Shown: in pieces, positions 10,659-20,230 of the stretch
Layout: each line of letters opens with the position of its first letter
How positions within the stretch are numbered: the stretch's first letter is position 1
DNA from: Bacteroidota bacterium
GTDB lineage: Bacteria > Bacteroidota > Bacteroidia > UBA8524
Direction: 5' to 3'
Length of the DNA: 64,000 bases
NCBI GenBank assembly: GCA_016124735.1
Contig: WGMZ01000030.1
Coordinates: forward strand, 8,454 to 72,453
The notes under the pieces: model-generated
What the model was told of the DNA's origin: nothing
What the model saw: the letters and a program-made list of their open reading frames with translations, nothing else
Database searches by the model: none
Position numbers and translations under genes: made by a program

Positions 10659-10713
10659 ACTTCCAGAACGCACAGGCGCTTTGAAAATTACAAATGTCAA
10701 TTGAAATAAGAGT

Positions 10714-11754
10714 TTAAGACTCGCCTTTGTGCAAGGCCTTTTTTACCTGCCCTACCAAGCCAACTCCACTGTAGATAAATCCGGTGTACAGCTGGACCAG
10801 GCTGGCGCCCGCGTCCAGTTTAGCCCTGGCATCATCCGGATGCATGATTCCTCCCACGCCAATCAGCGGAAATTTCCCCTGACTTTCTTTATGCAGAAAG
10901 CGAAGTACTTCATTGCTATGTTCTCTAACCGGCAATCCGCTGAGTCCGCCAGCTCCGATTCTTTCAATTTCCACAGCCGGTGTACGCAAAGCTTCCCTGC
11001 TGATCGTGGTATTGGTAGCCACCAAGCCATCAATTCCGGTACTAAAAACCAGATCGACAATGTCTGCCAATTGATGATGATTGAGATCAGGAGCAATCTT
11101 CAAAAAAATAGGTTTGGGTGTTCCGCCAATCAATTCATCTCGTAACTCCAGCAAACCCCGCAGAAGCTGTTCCAATGGCTCTTTTTCCTGCAATTCCCGC
11201 AATCCCGGGGTATTCGGAGAACTCACATTGACCGTGAAATAGTGAACATGAGGGAATAACTCCCTGAAACAGATTTTATAGTCCTCCCAGGCCAATTCAT
11301 TTGGAGTGAGCTTATTCTTTCCAATATTTCCACCGATAACAATTTTCTCTTTGACTTTTTTCAGGCGTTCAACTGCTGCCTTAACCCCTTCGTTGTTGAA
11401 CCCCATTCGGTTGATCAATGCCTGATCTTCAACCAGCCGGAACAGACGTGGAGCTTCGTTTCCGGCCTGACCCTTGGGAGTAAGGGTACCGATTTCCACA
11501 TGACCAAATCCCATGCTCGACAAGGCATCCACCCAACGGGCATCCTTGTCAAATCCAGCGGCCAGCCCGACTTGATTCGGAAATGTAATCCCGGCTACAT
11601 CCGTCGGTTTGTCGAACTGATTGGCAGCAAAGAAAGTCTTCATCAAAGAACGCTGCCAGGCATATTGATTGAGTCTCTGCCAGTTATTCATGGCAAAATA
11701 ATGGGCCTTTTCAGGCTCCATCGAAAATAAAAGAGGTTTAATCAGCGCATACAT
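10714..11754 (-). CDS. pyrD: Dihydroorotate dehydrogenase (quinone), class 2
   Basis: The protein is 346 aa with an N-terminal membrane-association helix (MYALIKPLLFSMEPEKAH). Motifs GLAAGFDK, GFGHVEIGT, NRMGFNNEG, NVSSPNTPGLR and GVGGI are characteristic of class 2 DHODH. Confidence 0.9.
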   Translation of the reverse strand: MYALIKPLLFSMEPEKAHYFAMNNWQRLNQYAWQRSLMKTFFAANQFDKPTDVAGITFPNQVGLAAGFDKDARWVDALSSMGFGHVEIGTLTPKGQAGNEAPRLFRLVEDQALINRMGFNNEGVKAAVERLKKVKEKIVIGGNIGKNKLTPNELAWEDYKICFRELFPHVHYFTVNVSSPNTPGLRELQEKEPLEQLLRGLLELRDELIGGTPKPIFLKIAPDLNHHQLADIVDLVFSTGIDGLVATNTTISREALRTPAVEIERIGAGGLSGLPVREHSNEVLRFLHKESQGKFPLIGVGGIMHPDDARAKLDAGASLVQLYTGFIYSGVGLVGQVKKALHKGES

Positions 11755-11755
11755 A

Positions 11756-14056
11756 TTAAAAGGGATAACCTATACCAAAATTGAGGTTCGCTCTCCGGCC
11801 CAAATAGTTAAAATCATTGACCACCCAGCCTCCAAAACTGTGGTAAGAAGGGTCGCGAAGTTGCAATCCCAAGTCTAATCTTACAAGGAAAAAATCGAAA
11901 TCAAAACGTGCTCCAATTCCGGTATTCATTGCTAACTGATCCCAGAATAACAAACTAAACTGAGCTCCTTGAAGTGAACTGTCTTTTCTAACATTCCATA
12001 TATTTCCGGCATCCACAAATAATGCGCCTTCGAGAAAATGATTGATCACCCGGAAGCGGAGCTCGGCCGAGCCTTCTATCACAATTTCACCTGATCGGTC
12101 TATTTGATTGGCGCTGGTGCTGTTGTAGGTACCTGGTCCGACGCTACGCGGAAGCCAACCCCGCAAACTGTTTGCTCCCCCCAGGAAAAAGCGTTTATCA
12201 AATGGTATTACTGAAGAGTTTCCATAAGGTAAGGCTACTCCGGTGTGCATCCGATAAGCAAATTTCACATCCTTTTTAGGGTTGGTGTAGTAACGCAGGT
12301 CAAAGTCCGTTTTCAGGTATTGAAACAGATTTGTGTTGAACACTTTGTAAATGCCATCAGCCGGACGTGGTGTGCCACTGGCAATAAATCCGGTATGAAA
12401 GAGCAGTCCGGCCTGTTCTACTGTGAGACGAAACTGATGGTAATTCCCTGTTTTAGCCAGTCCCTGGTCCATATAGTACCATTCTACCCGATTGGAAGGA
12501 ATGAAGTTTGGGTTCAACAAGCTGCTCAGCAATACGCGGTCTCCCGGCGAAAGGTTATCCAGGTAATTGGATTTGATTTGTACCTGGTTGAGGTTCAATT
12601 CTACCGGTATGACGCGAAATCTGTTGAAACCTGTATTCCAGGAATAGGCCATATTAAGCAGCGAAGTCCTTTGAACAAAATCCCGGTTAAGCAGATAAGA
12701 AAAGGTCAAACTAAAGCTCGTAATGGGAGTTTGCCAGTTCTTTTTTAGCGAACGTCTTTTAACCCAATCATTCTTTTCAACCCAAATATGCTTGGGAATA
12801 TTCAACGAGGTATTCACACTCTGTTGAAGGTTGGAGAGATAGAATTTATTGCTGGAATATTGAAATTCTGCCGAACCACTGTAAGTCAGATCGAGCAGTT
12901 CTGCTCCGTGAAAAAGGTTTTTATTGCGAAACAAAATTTGCCCCGACAAACCCCAGATACGCTGGTTACTCGACGCCACAGAACTCGACTGGTCCGAGGT
13001 AATTACCTGCGGCTCTACGGCCAGTTTCATAGACGGATCTGGTATCAGATTGATATAACAATTGATGAGGTTCTGGTTCGAATCGGGCTCCATCTCAATT
13101 CTCACTGTTCCAAAAATCTGCAGAGAATATAGCCGGTTATACGTATTCAATACAGCCTGATCACTGTAAGTCATCCCGGGTCTCAGATGAATAAAATCAG
13201 GAAAAAGTTCTTTGGTAATTTTCATCCCATTGGTACGAATCCAGATTCCATCTACTTCATGGTAAGTTGAATCATCCTTACCTGCAATAAAATAGGGGTA
13301 TTCGATGTTTACATAAATCTGATCCATCTGGTAGACCTGATGCCGTTTAAACATTCCGGGATTTTTTACTTCGATGGCAATATTCACCAGATGCTTACCA
13401 AGATTCGAGTCGACATCAAATGAGATATATTCTTTATCAAAGAAGAAATAACCACTGTTTCTGATGTATTGGGCCATGCGATCCCGTTCATCACTCATCC
13501 TGTCGGTATTAAAAACCTGTCCGGTTCGGAAACGATTGGCCGCGGTATCTTTCATCAATAACTGGTACAATTCCCGATCGTAAACCCGGTACATTACCTT
13601 CCCCACCTTATAAGGTTCTTTCAGGTCAATATCGTAAGTGACAACGGCTTTTTTCTTCTTTTTATGTACGCTGTAGTTTACCTCCGCGTTGAAATAGCCA
13701 TTATTGAACAGGTATATTTTTAACTGATCCTTGCTTTTTTCCAATTTGGAACTATCCAGTAAGGATGGAGGCTCTCCCACTTTGTTGCGTAAAAATGCGC
13801 GAATTTTATTGCTATCCCGCCCGTCTTTACCAAGATTCCAGGCTTGAACATAAAAAGGATAAACATCCAAAATGCGTTTATTAGTAATGTATCCCAGGTT
13901 TTCACTCAGACCTTCCTTGAGTTCCGCACTTTGCACCCCATGGTAATGCACATGCGTCAGAAGATAATCCCCATCATCGATATGTCGGGTAACCGAACAG
14001 GCTGCTAATCCCGTCGCGAGCAGACAAAAAAGATATATTTGAAACTTTCTGATCAC
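11756..14056 (-). CDS. Omp85-family outer-membrane protein (BamA/TamA-like, TamL-type lipoprotein signal)
   Basis: The protein is 766 aa. The only start after the upstream in-frame stop is GTG at 14056. The N-terminus LFCLLATGLAAC is a lipobox. A POTRA-like N-terminal region is followed by a C-terminal surface-antigen barrel (FFLGGANSLRGW...GIGYPF). Confidence 0.75.
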   Translation of the reverse strand: MIRKFQIYLFCLLATGLAACSVTRHIDDGDYLLTHVHYHGVQSAELKEGLSENLGYITNKRILDVYPFYVQAWNLGKDGRDSNKIRAFLRNKVGEPPSLLDSSKLEKSKDQLKIYLFNNGYFNAEVNYSVHKKKKKAVVTYDIDLKEPYKVGKVMYRVYDRELYQLLMKDTAANRFRTGQVFNTDRMSDERDRMAQYIRNSGYFFFDKEYISFDVDSNLGKHLVNIAIEVKNPGMFKRHQVYQMDQIYVNIEYPYFIAGKDDSTYHEVDGIWIRTNGMKITKELFPDFIHLRPGMTYSDQAVLNTYNRLYSLQIFGTVRIEMEPDSNQNLINCYINLIPDPSMKLAVEPQVITSDQSSSVASSNQRIWGLSGQILFRNKNLFHGAELLDLTYSGSAEFQYSSNKFYLSNLQQSVNTSLNIPKHIWVEKNDWVKRRSLKKNWQTPITSFSLTFSYLLNRDFVQRTSLLNMAYSWNTGFNRFRVIPVELNLNQVQIKSNYLDNLSPGDRVLLSSLLNPNFIPSNRVEWYYMDQGLAKTGNYHQFRLTVEQAGLLFHTGFIASGTPRPADGIYKVFNTNLFQYLKTDFDLRYYTNPKKDVKFAYRMHTGVALPYGNSSVIPFDKRFFLGGANSLRGWLPRSVGPGTYNSTSANQIDRSGEIVIEGSAELRFRVINHFLEGALFVDAGNIWNVRKDSSLQGAQFSLLFWDQLAMNTGIGARFDFDFFLVRLDLGLQLRDPSYHSFGGWVVNDFNYLGRRANLNFGIGYPF

Positions 14057-14068
14057 TTAGAGCTAAAT

Positions 14069-14794
14069 ATGGGACTGCCTGTTTCTGAGATAAAATACGT
14101 TCAATCTTTGAGAATAAAGAAATTCCGGCAAAGATATCATCAATTTATTGTGGAAGGAGATAAGTCGGTAGCTGAGTTGCTTCATTCCGACTGGCAGGTA
14201 ATGCAATGTTATCATACGGATGCATTTGTACCCAAAGGAAATGCCGTTCAGTTCATTCGCGTGAACGAAAAAGAAATGGAGCGCCTGTCTCATCATCAAT
14301 CGCCGCAAAATGCATTGGCCGTCGTTTCCATGCAAGCGGGAATTGAAAAAATACCGGATTCCGGCATCCAACTTTATCTGGATGGAATCCGCGATCCGGG
14401 AAACCTTGGAACTATCCTGCGCATTGCAGACTGGTACGGCATTAAGAATGTCTGGTGCAGCGAAGACAGTGTCGATGTGTATAATCCCAAGTCGATCGAT
14501 GCCAGCATGGGATCTTTTATTCGGGTTAAACTGCATGTGCACGAAGGCCGCGATTTTCTGCATCAATGCTCCCTGCCCTCTTACGCGGCGGTGATGGATG
14601 GAGAAAATATTCATCAGATGAAACTCCCAGAGGACGCTGTGATCCTCGTCGGAAACGAAGGAAAAGGCATCCGGCCTGAATTGATGACTGCGGCTCAATA
14701 TTCCGTAAGCATTCCCCGATTTGGCGAGGCAGAATCCCTGAATGCGGGTGTTGCTGCAGCCCTCCTGCTCGATAATTTCTTTCGAGGGCTCTGA
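14069..14794 (+). CDS. TrmH/SpoU-family RNA 2'-O-methyltransferase
   Basis: The first ATG is at 14069; the track start at 14039 is a TTG. SpoU motifs are present: DPGNLGTILRIADWYG, LVGNEGKGI and IPRFGEAESLNAGVAAALLL. Confidence 0.8.
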   Translation: MGLPVSEIKYVQSLRIKKFRQRYHQFIVEGDKSVAELLHSDWQVMQCYHTDAFVPKGNAVQFIRVNEKEMERLSHHQSPQNALAVVSMQAGIEKIPDSGIQLYLDGIRDPGNLGTILRIADWYGIKNVWCSEDSVDVYNPKSIDASMGSFIRVKLHVHEGRDFLHQCSLPSYAAVMDGENIHQMKLPEDAVILVGNEGKGIRPELMTAAQYSVSIPRFGEAESLNAGVAAALLLDNFFRGL

Positions 14795-15631
14795 TTAATA
14801 TCCCGGGTTTTTATAGTGGTCGTAGAGCATCTCCTTTTTGTACCAAATACCCCGCTTAAACTTAAAAAAATCGTAGGTACCGTCGGGAAGGTATAAAGTG
14901 TAAACTCCAATTGCCCTTGGGTCCTGAGGTACGATATGCTCGAAAATAATGAGGTTTTTGCTCGTAACTTTTAAGGCCATATTTGCCCCATTCTTGTATT
15001 CCCATATCACCCGATTCTGGTAAGCGAGCTTATTTTCTAAGTTGAACAATGGCAGGCCAAACACTATTTCTCCCTGATCATTCCAGGAAAGCACATCCAA
15101 AACCTTTTGATCGGTTTGGTTGTTGGTTCCATTCCAACCCAGGAGCAAATAGTAGTGCTCCTTTTTATACTTCACCTGTCTGATCTGATAATAAATCGCT
15201 CCATACCAATTGTCTGGCCCCAATTCCGCATAATAGGTGGCTGGCTGATTTTTGAGGGAAGCAGAAGAGTCGGACAACCACACATATTCCTTTGTTTCAT
15301 CTGCGTATTGAAGAACTCCATAAAAGCTAAAGGAGTCATTGGGATGACGAAACCCCCAGGTGATGATTCGGAAGCTCTTGTCTGGCGCGTTCACAATCAT
15401 GATATTCTTAACTGAATCAAAAGAGTGAGCGAATGAACCGGGCAATTGCAGAACGCTGTCCATATTGGCATTAAATAATGCCAGACACGAATCCCTTTCC
15501 TTGTCTTTTCTGCATTCTACCATATCGTATCCCAGTGCCGACAATCTCCAGGAATAATGAAGCAGGTGATTTTGCGCCTGCAGCACCCAGCCATTGAAAA
15601 GAATTAATAAAGTAAGGAGGATTCGATGCAT
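14795..15631 (-). CDS. Hypothetical secreted protein
   Basis: This is a clean 278-aa ORF with signal peptide MHRILLTLLILFNGWVLQAQ. I recognise no motif. Confidence 0.5.
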   Translation of the reverse strand: MHRILLTLLILFNGWVLQAQNHLLHYSWRLSALGYDMVECRKDKERDSCLALFNANMDSVLQLPGSFAHSFDSVKNIMIVNAPDKSFRIITWGFRHPNDSFSFYGVLQYADETKEYVWLSDSSASLKNQPATYYAELGPDNWYGAIYYQIRQVKYKKEHYYLLLGWNGTNNQTDQKVLDVLSWNDQGEIVFGLPLFNLENKLAYQNRVIWEYKNGANMALKVTSKNLIIFEHIVPQDPRAIGVYTLYLPDGTYDFFKFKRGIWYKKEMLYDHYKNPGY

Positions 15632-15654
15632 AGATGATTTCCTTCGAATAAAAT

Positions 15655-15691
15655 AAAAAACCGTTCCGGTGTGTTATCGAAACGGTTTTTT
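15655..15691 (-). terminator. Putative intrinsic terminator downstream of the thiolase gene
   Basis: AAAAAACCGTT and AACGGTTTTTT form a perfect 11-bp inverted repeat around a 15-nt loop. The A/T runs are part of the stem on either strand. Confidence 0.45.
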
Positions 15692-15706
15692 GAGGCGATT
15701 ATTTTC

Positions 15707-16882
15707 TTAAAGTGCTTCCAATACCAGGGCAGAAGCTCCGCCTCCCCCATTGCAGATACCAGCCGCACCTAATTTTTTGTTTTCATTTTTCAATGCGTGA
15801 ATCAGAGTTACCAATATACGCGCGCCACTGCACCCCAGTGGGTGTCCAAGAGAAACCGCTCCTCCATAAATATTTACTTTAGATGGATCCAGTTTCATGA
15901 TTTGGTTGTTTGCAATCGAAACCACTGAAAACGCCTCATTGATTTCGAACAATTCCACATCTTCCAAATTGACTCCCGCTTTAGCAACCGCTTTGGGAAG
16001 TGCTTTGGAAGGAGCGGTGGTGAACCATTCCGGTGCCTGAGCGGCATCAGAATAACCACGGATTACAGCCAAAGGTTTAATGCCTAAAACCTCTGCCTTA
16101 TCTTTGCTCATCAATACCAAGGCTGCCGCTCCATCATTCAGGGTAGAAGCATTTGCCGCCGTTACAGTACCATCCTTCTTGAATACCGGTCTGAGTTCCG
16201 GAATTTTTTCAAAACGTACATTTTTATACTCCTCATCTTCGGAAACCATTATTGGATCTCCCTTTCGTTGAGGAACGGCTACAGGAATTACCTCAGAAGA
16301 AAATTTTCCTTCGGTCCAGGCCTTTGCGCTGCGTTGATATGACTCGATGGCAAAAGTATCCTGATCCTCCCGGGAAATCTTACACTCCTCTGCACAAAGT
16401 TCGGCAGCATTTCCCATGTGGTAATCGTTGTATACATCGGTAAGTCCGTCGTGCACCAATCCATCAATCAGGGTGATATTGCCCAGCTTGGTTCCGTTTC
16501 TGGCCTGCATCAGGTGAGGTACCATAGACATATTCTCCATTCCACCTGCTACTACCACATCGTTATCGCCAGTCATGATGGTTTGTGCGGCAATCATTAC
16601 CGATTTCATCCCACTGGCACATACTTTATTTACGGTGGTGCAAGGAACTTCGTTCGACAGTCCGGCAAATAGGGCTGCCTGGCGCGCCGGAGCTTGCCCC
16701 AGACCCGCTTGCAATACACAACCCATGAACACTTCGTTCACTTCTTTGGCATCAACACCAGCCTTTTCTAAAGCTGCTTTAATTGCTGTTGCACCTAAAC
16801 GCGGAGCTGGAACACTTGAAAGGGATCCACCAAAACTTCCAATTGGAGTTCTTACTGCGGAAACGATATAGACTTCTTTCAT
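15707..16882 (-). CDS. Acetyl-CoA C-acetyltransferase (thiolase II)
   Basis: MKEVYIVSAVRTPIGSFGG, the active-site Cys context VNKVCASGMKS, and the C-terminal NEAF, GHPLGCSGAR and GICNGGGGASA motifs are all present. Confidence 0.92.
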   Translation of the reverse strand: MKEVYIVSAVRTPIGSFGGSLSSVPAPRLGATAIKAALEKAGVDAKEVNEVFMGCVLQAGLGQAPARQAALFAGLSNEVPCTTVNKVCASGMKSVMIAAQTIMTGDNDVVVAGGMENMSMVPHLMQARNGTKLGNITLIDGLVHDGLTDVYNDYHMGNAAELCAEECKISREDQDTFAIESYQRSAKAWTEGKFSSEVIPVAVPQRKGDPIMVSEDEEYKNVRFEKIPELRPVFKKDGTVTAANASTLNDGAAALVLMSKDKAEVLGIKPLAVIRGYSDAAQAPEWFTTAPSKALPKAVAKAGVNLEDVELFEINEAFSVVSIANNQIMKLDPSKVNIYGGAVSLGHPLGCSGARILVTLIHALKNENKKLGAAGICNGGGGASALVLEAL

Positions 16883-17015
16883 CTTGAAATATTCTTTTTT
16901 TAAATCGCTGCGAAGATAAGGTTTTTCATGGCCTCAGGAAGGTGTTGCATGGGTAAATATCACTTGATTATATCCGTCAGAATTACTAACTTCCTGCGGA
17001 TATAACCTTAAGCCT

Positions 17016-17777
17016 ATGAAAACAGACTTTACCAAGATTGCCATTGGCGTGCGTAGCGACGACCTTCACCCTGGAACATTGGACGCTGCGATTAACTTGT
17101 CTAAAGTTTTCTCTTGTACCTTACATCTAATTTGTTTCGATGACAATTGCGGCGTTTATGAGCAATTGATTGAAGAAAAGAGCAAAGCTGGAAATGTGCA
17201 TTTCGAAATTGTTCGAAGATCAAATCAATCTGTAAAAACCATTATTCAAACTACTTTGGAACTTGAGGCGGATTTGTTGATTGTCCCTGCCGACAAAAAC
17301 TCTCAAACCATTGTGAATGCGCTTGACATACCTGTCCTTACAGTAAAAGATGATTTTGATCCTCGTCCGGTGCGACGCATTGTAATGCCTATCCACGACA
17401 AACCAGAGACCCGTCAGAAGGTGCCGGTAGCCATGCAATTGGCCAAGCACTTTGGCGCCGTAATCGACATTATTGCCGTTTCCAGCAAAAGTGAAGAAGA
17501 GCAAAAACGTGTAAAATCCTATGCCTATTCCGCAGAAAAATACATGACGGAAAAAGGGGTGGAATGTAGCTATGAATTCCGGATTGGAACCAAAGTAGAT
17601 GTGGTAACCATGGAATATGCCGAAGAAAAACATGCCGATCTGATCGTTATAATGAACGATCGGGATGCCGGATTCTTTAGTACTTCATTTTCTGAAAAGA
17701 TTATTCGAAATAGTGCGGTTCCGGTAATAACCGTTGAGCCACGCGAGCTTTCCTCAAAAGGATTTGTTGGCTACTAA
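17016..17777 (+). CDS. Universal stress protein, tandem Usp domains
   Basis: Two ~120-aa halves each end in a DLIV(I/V)...VPVLTV or VPVITV pattern typical of UspA-fold proteins. Confidence 0.75.
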   Translation: MKTDFTKIAIGVRSDDLHPGTLDAAINLSKVFSCTLHLICFDDNCGVYEQLIEEKSKAGNVHFEIVRRSNQSVKTIIQTTLELEADLLIVPADKNSQTIVNALDIPVLTVKDDFDPRPVRRIVMPIHDKPETRQKVPVAMQLAKHFGAVIDIIAVSSKSEEEQKRVKSYAYSAEKYMTEKGVECSYEFRIGTKVDVVTMEYAEEKHADLIVIMNDRDAGFFSTSFSEKIIRNSAVPVITVEPRELSSKGFVGY

Positions 17778-19583
17778 TTAATTTCGATTGATAAGGAAAG
17801 TTTCCTGAAGGTTTGTATCGCTGTGAATGCGCAGCAGGTACAAACCTTTTTTAATATCCTGTCCCTGCAGCATGAATTGCCTTTGGTCGTGCAACGTATA
17901 TGATTGAATAAGTCTACCCTGCATGTCGTACAGTTCCGCAGTTCCATTCAGGGTCTCATCCGCAAAATCCACAATTAACGCCTCGTTTCTGAACGCAAAA
18001 CCCGCAGAGTTAATCAGTCTCCAGAAGCTGTTCTGTACCTGTTTAAAACCCAAGGGGAATGCCAGTCCGCGACTGTTCATAATATTCATGATAAACAAAC
18101 TGTTGGCTGCGCCATTCTGAATAGAATCGCATTGTCTGCAGTTGGCTACCATTTGCGAGAAAGTCATCTGCCCCACCTGATTAAAAAGGCCACAAAGTAC
18201 CAAACGGTCTGTGACATCCGGTCCCAGACTATCGTACACTTCTTTCCATGCAGCCACCCATATTTCTGCATTATCGTATTTATTTGAGCTGAAATCCTGC
18301 GGCAGGAACTTGGTGGTAACCACGGTTCTCCCCTGCCAGGTAACATTGCCATCCCAGTTGAAGGTTTTGTGCCAGCCATAATCGCTTAATTGACGAGAAT
18401 AAGACATGGCAAAATAATCACTGTTGCCCTCTTCCATTGAAGTACGCATCAATCCATTGGTCGTTCCTGGTGCGGCCGAATAGGACAGAGCGTGCCCCAA
18501 TTCATGAACCAATACATCGGCGTCTTCCGCATCGTCTATTCCTCCATCTCCAAATACCAGCGACATTCCACCATAAGACGGAGTAAATCCGGATACGTCC
18601 ATTCCATTGCTCGCGTGCGGATCGACTTTTATCGTGTCATTGGGAAGCATCGGATATCCAAGATCATGTACGCGACGAATCCAGGTATGGATATGGTAGT
18701 AACTATTGAGGTATTCAAATTCATCTTCTGATCGGTTGTAATTAAAAAGAGTATCCGCATGTAGCGGTTGAAACGTTACCGGACTTTCCAGTTCAGCGAA
18801 GCGAATGATCGAATCTTTCAGGCGAAATGTATCCCCGTCGAAATGTACTGGAACGCCAATAAACTGTCGTTGATTATTGATTGCCGGACTGTCTGCATCG
18901 TTGAAATCCTGATATGCTCCCCCATAAGGTACACGCGCCGTGGTGAGGGGATCCGGATTGAACACCGTTAAGGTAATCATTGAATCAGGAGCTGAGTAAT
19001 TCAAGGCGTTGGATTCCCGTTTAATAACTTCCAGATTTTCATCTATATACCAGGTTTCCGCATGAGCTGCCAGGTGCTGCACTCCTTCCATCTTCAAGCA
19101 CGCATGCCAGGTATTATCCTGAAAAATATATACCGGACGAATGGACTGAATATACTTCCAATCAGAGGCAAGATTTCGTGCTTCCTCTGTCGCAGGGAAA
19201 TTTGCGTCGCTCAACAAATCAAGATTGGTCAGCGAATACAGAACTTGTCGCATTATCAGATTTTTGTCCAGAAAAACACGCAAATAAGCGCCTTCACAAG
19301 GAATACCATGAAAAGAATACAACCACAAATAATGGTAGCCTTCCCGGCTTTCCCGGTAGGATGACAGGCTTAAATTCTCCGCATTTAAATTTTTACCCAG
19401 CGCATGCAATGCCTGACTTGCAACCTGAATTGCTCCCGGCAACTCTTCCACCTGCACAGGGATATGCATGAATAACTGTACCGGCGTATTTTCTTCCATT
19501 TCAGGAAGAATGTTTGCCTGTTGGGCTACAACAACACCCTGAACAAACAGGGATAACAAGAGGATCAGATGTCGCGATTGCAT
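17778..19583 (-). CDS. Secreted zinc metalloprotease (HExxH) with T9SS type A sorting domain
   Basis: It has a signal peptide (MQSRHLILLLSLFVQGVVVAQQ), the zinc motif VLVHELGHAL, and the C-terminal tail TAELYDMQGRLIQSY...GLYLLRIHSD. Confidence 0.7.
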   Translation of the reverse strand: MQSRHLILLLSLFVQGVVVAQQANILPEMEENTPVQLFMHIPVQVEELPGAIQVASQALHALGKNLNAENLSLSSYRESREGYHYLWLYSFHGIPCEGAYLRVFLDKNLIMRQVLYSLTNLDLLSDANFPATEEARNLASDWKYIQSIRPVYIFQDNTWHACLKMEGVQHLAAHAETWYIDENLEVIKRESNALNYSAPDSMITLTVFNPDPLTTARVPYGGAYQDFNDADSPAINNQRQFIGVPVHFDGDTFRLKDSIIRFAELESPVTFQPLHADTLFNYNRSEDEFEYLNSYYHIHTWIRRVHDLGYPMLPNDTIKVDPHASNGMDVSGFTPSYGGMSLVFGDGGIDDAEDADVLVHELGHALSYSAAPGTTNGLMRTSMEEGNSDYFAMSYSRQLSDYGWHKTFNWDGNVTWQGRTVVTTKFLPQDFSSNKYDNAEIWVAAWKEVYDSLGPDVTDRLVLCGLFNQVGQMTFSQMVANCRQCDSIQNGAANSLFIMNIMNSRGLAFPLGFKQVQNSFWRLINSAGFAFRNEALIVDFADETLNGTAELYDMQGRLIQSYTLHDQRQFMLQGQDIKKGLYLLRIHSDTNLQETFLINRN

Positions 19584-20179
19584 GTAATATCGATGGTTGG
19601 AAATTGTTCGTTAATGGATTCCAGAAGGCCGAATTTATCTAAATCAAATCGGATTTTCATTGAGGGCTCCGGATTATAGCTTGTGTCAATAATTTGAGCA
19701 TCCAATATTTTCACAATGCGGTAGGTCAGACCTTCTTCTTGAAAAGTGTATCTCAAAGTGGCGGATGATTGAAGCTTTTTCCTAATGATATTTGACGCCT
19801 CCAAGGCAAGTTTCGTTGCATGTCCGTAGGCGTGTATTAAGCCAGGCACCCCCAACTTGGTGCCTCCAAAGAAGCGAACAACCACCACTAAAATCTGACT
19901 TAATTGAAAACTGTGAATCTGACGTAATATGGGTGTGCCTGCGCTATGATTGGGTTCTCCATCGTCGTTTGCACGGTAATGATTGCCATCTGTTCCGAGC
20001 ACCCAGGCATAGCAATGATGTGTGGCATTCGGAAAATTAAGTTTCAATTCATGCAATCTGGATTTTATCTCGTCTTCATTCTCTACCGGATAGGCAAAGC
20101 TTAAAAACCGGCTTCCCTTTTCCTTCCATTCTCCCCTGCCGGGTTCCTCAATACTTAAATATTCAACCACCTGACTCAC
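19565..20179 (-). CDS. YigZ/IMPACT-family protein (UPF0029)
   Basis: The motifs KGSRFLSFAYPV, ATHHCYAWVLG and DDGEP..SAGTPIL plus a C-terminal DUF1949-like half fit the family. The apparent start is GTG at 20179, and no in-frame ATG is nearby. Confidence 0.8.
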   Translation of the reverse strand: MSQVVEYLSIEEPGRGEWKEKGSRFLSFAYPVENEDEIKSRLHELKLNFPNATHHCYAWVLGTDGNHYRANDDGEPNHSAGTPILRQIHSFQLSQILVVVVRFFGGTKLGVPGLIHAYGHATKLALEASNIIRKKLQSSATLRYTFQEEGLTYRIVKILDAQIIDTSYNPEPSMKIRFDLDKFGLLESINEQFPTIDITCNRDI

Positions 20180-20230
20180 GATGCAAATAAAAGGATTTCA
20201 GCCAGCTGCCTTGATAAAAAATAAGAACTA

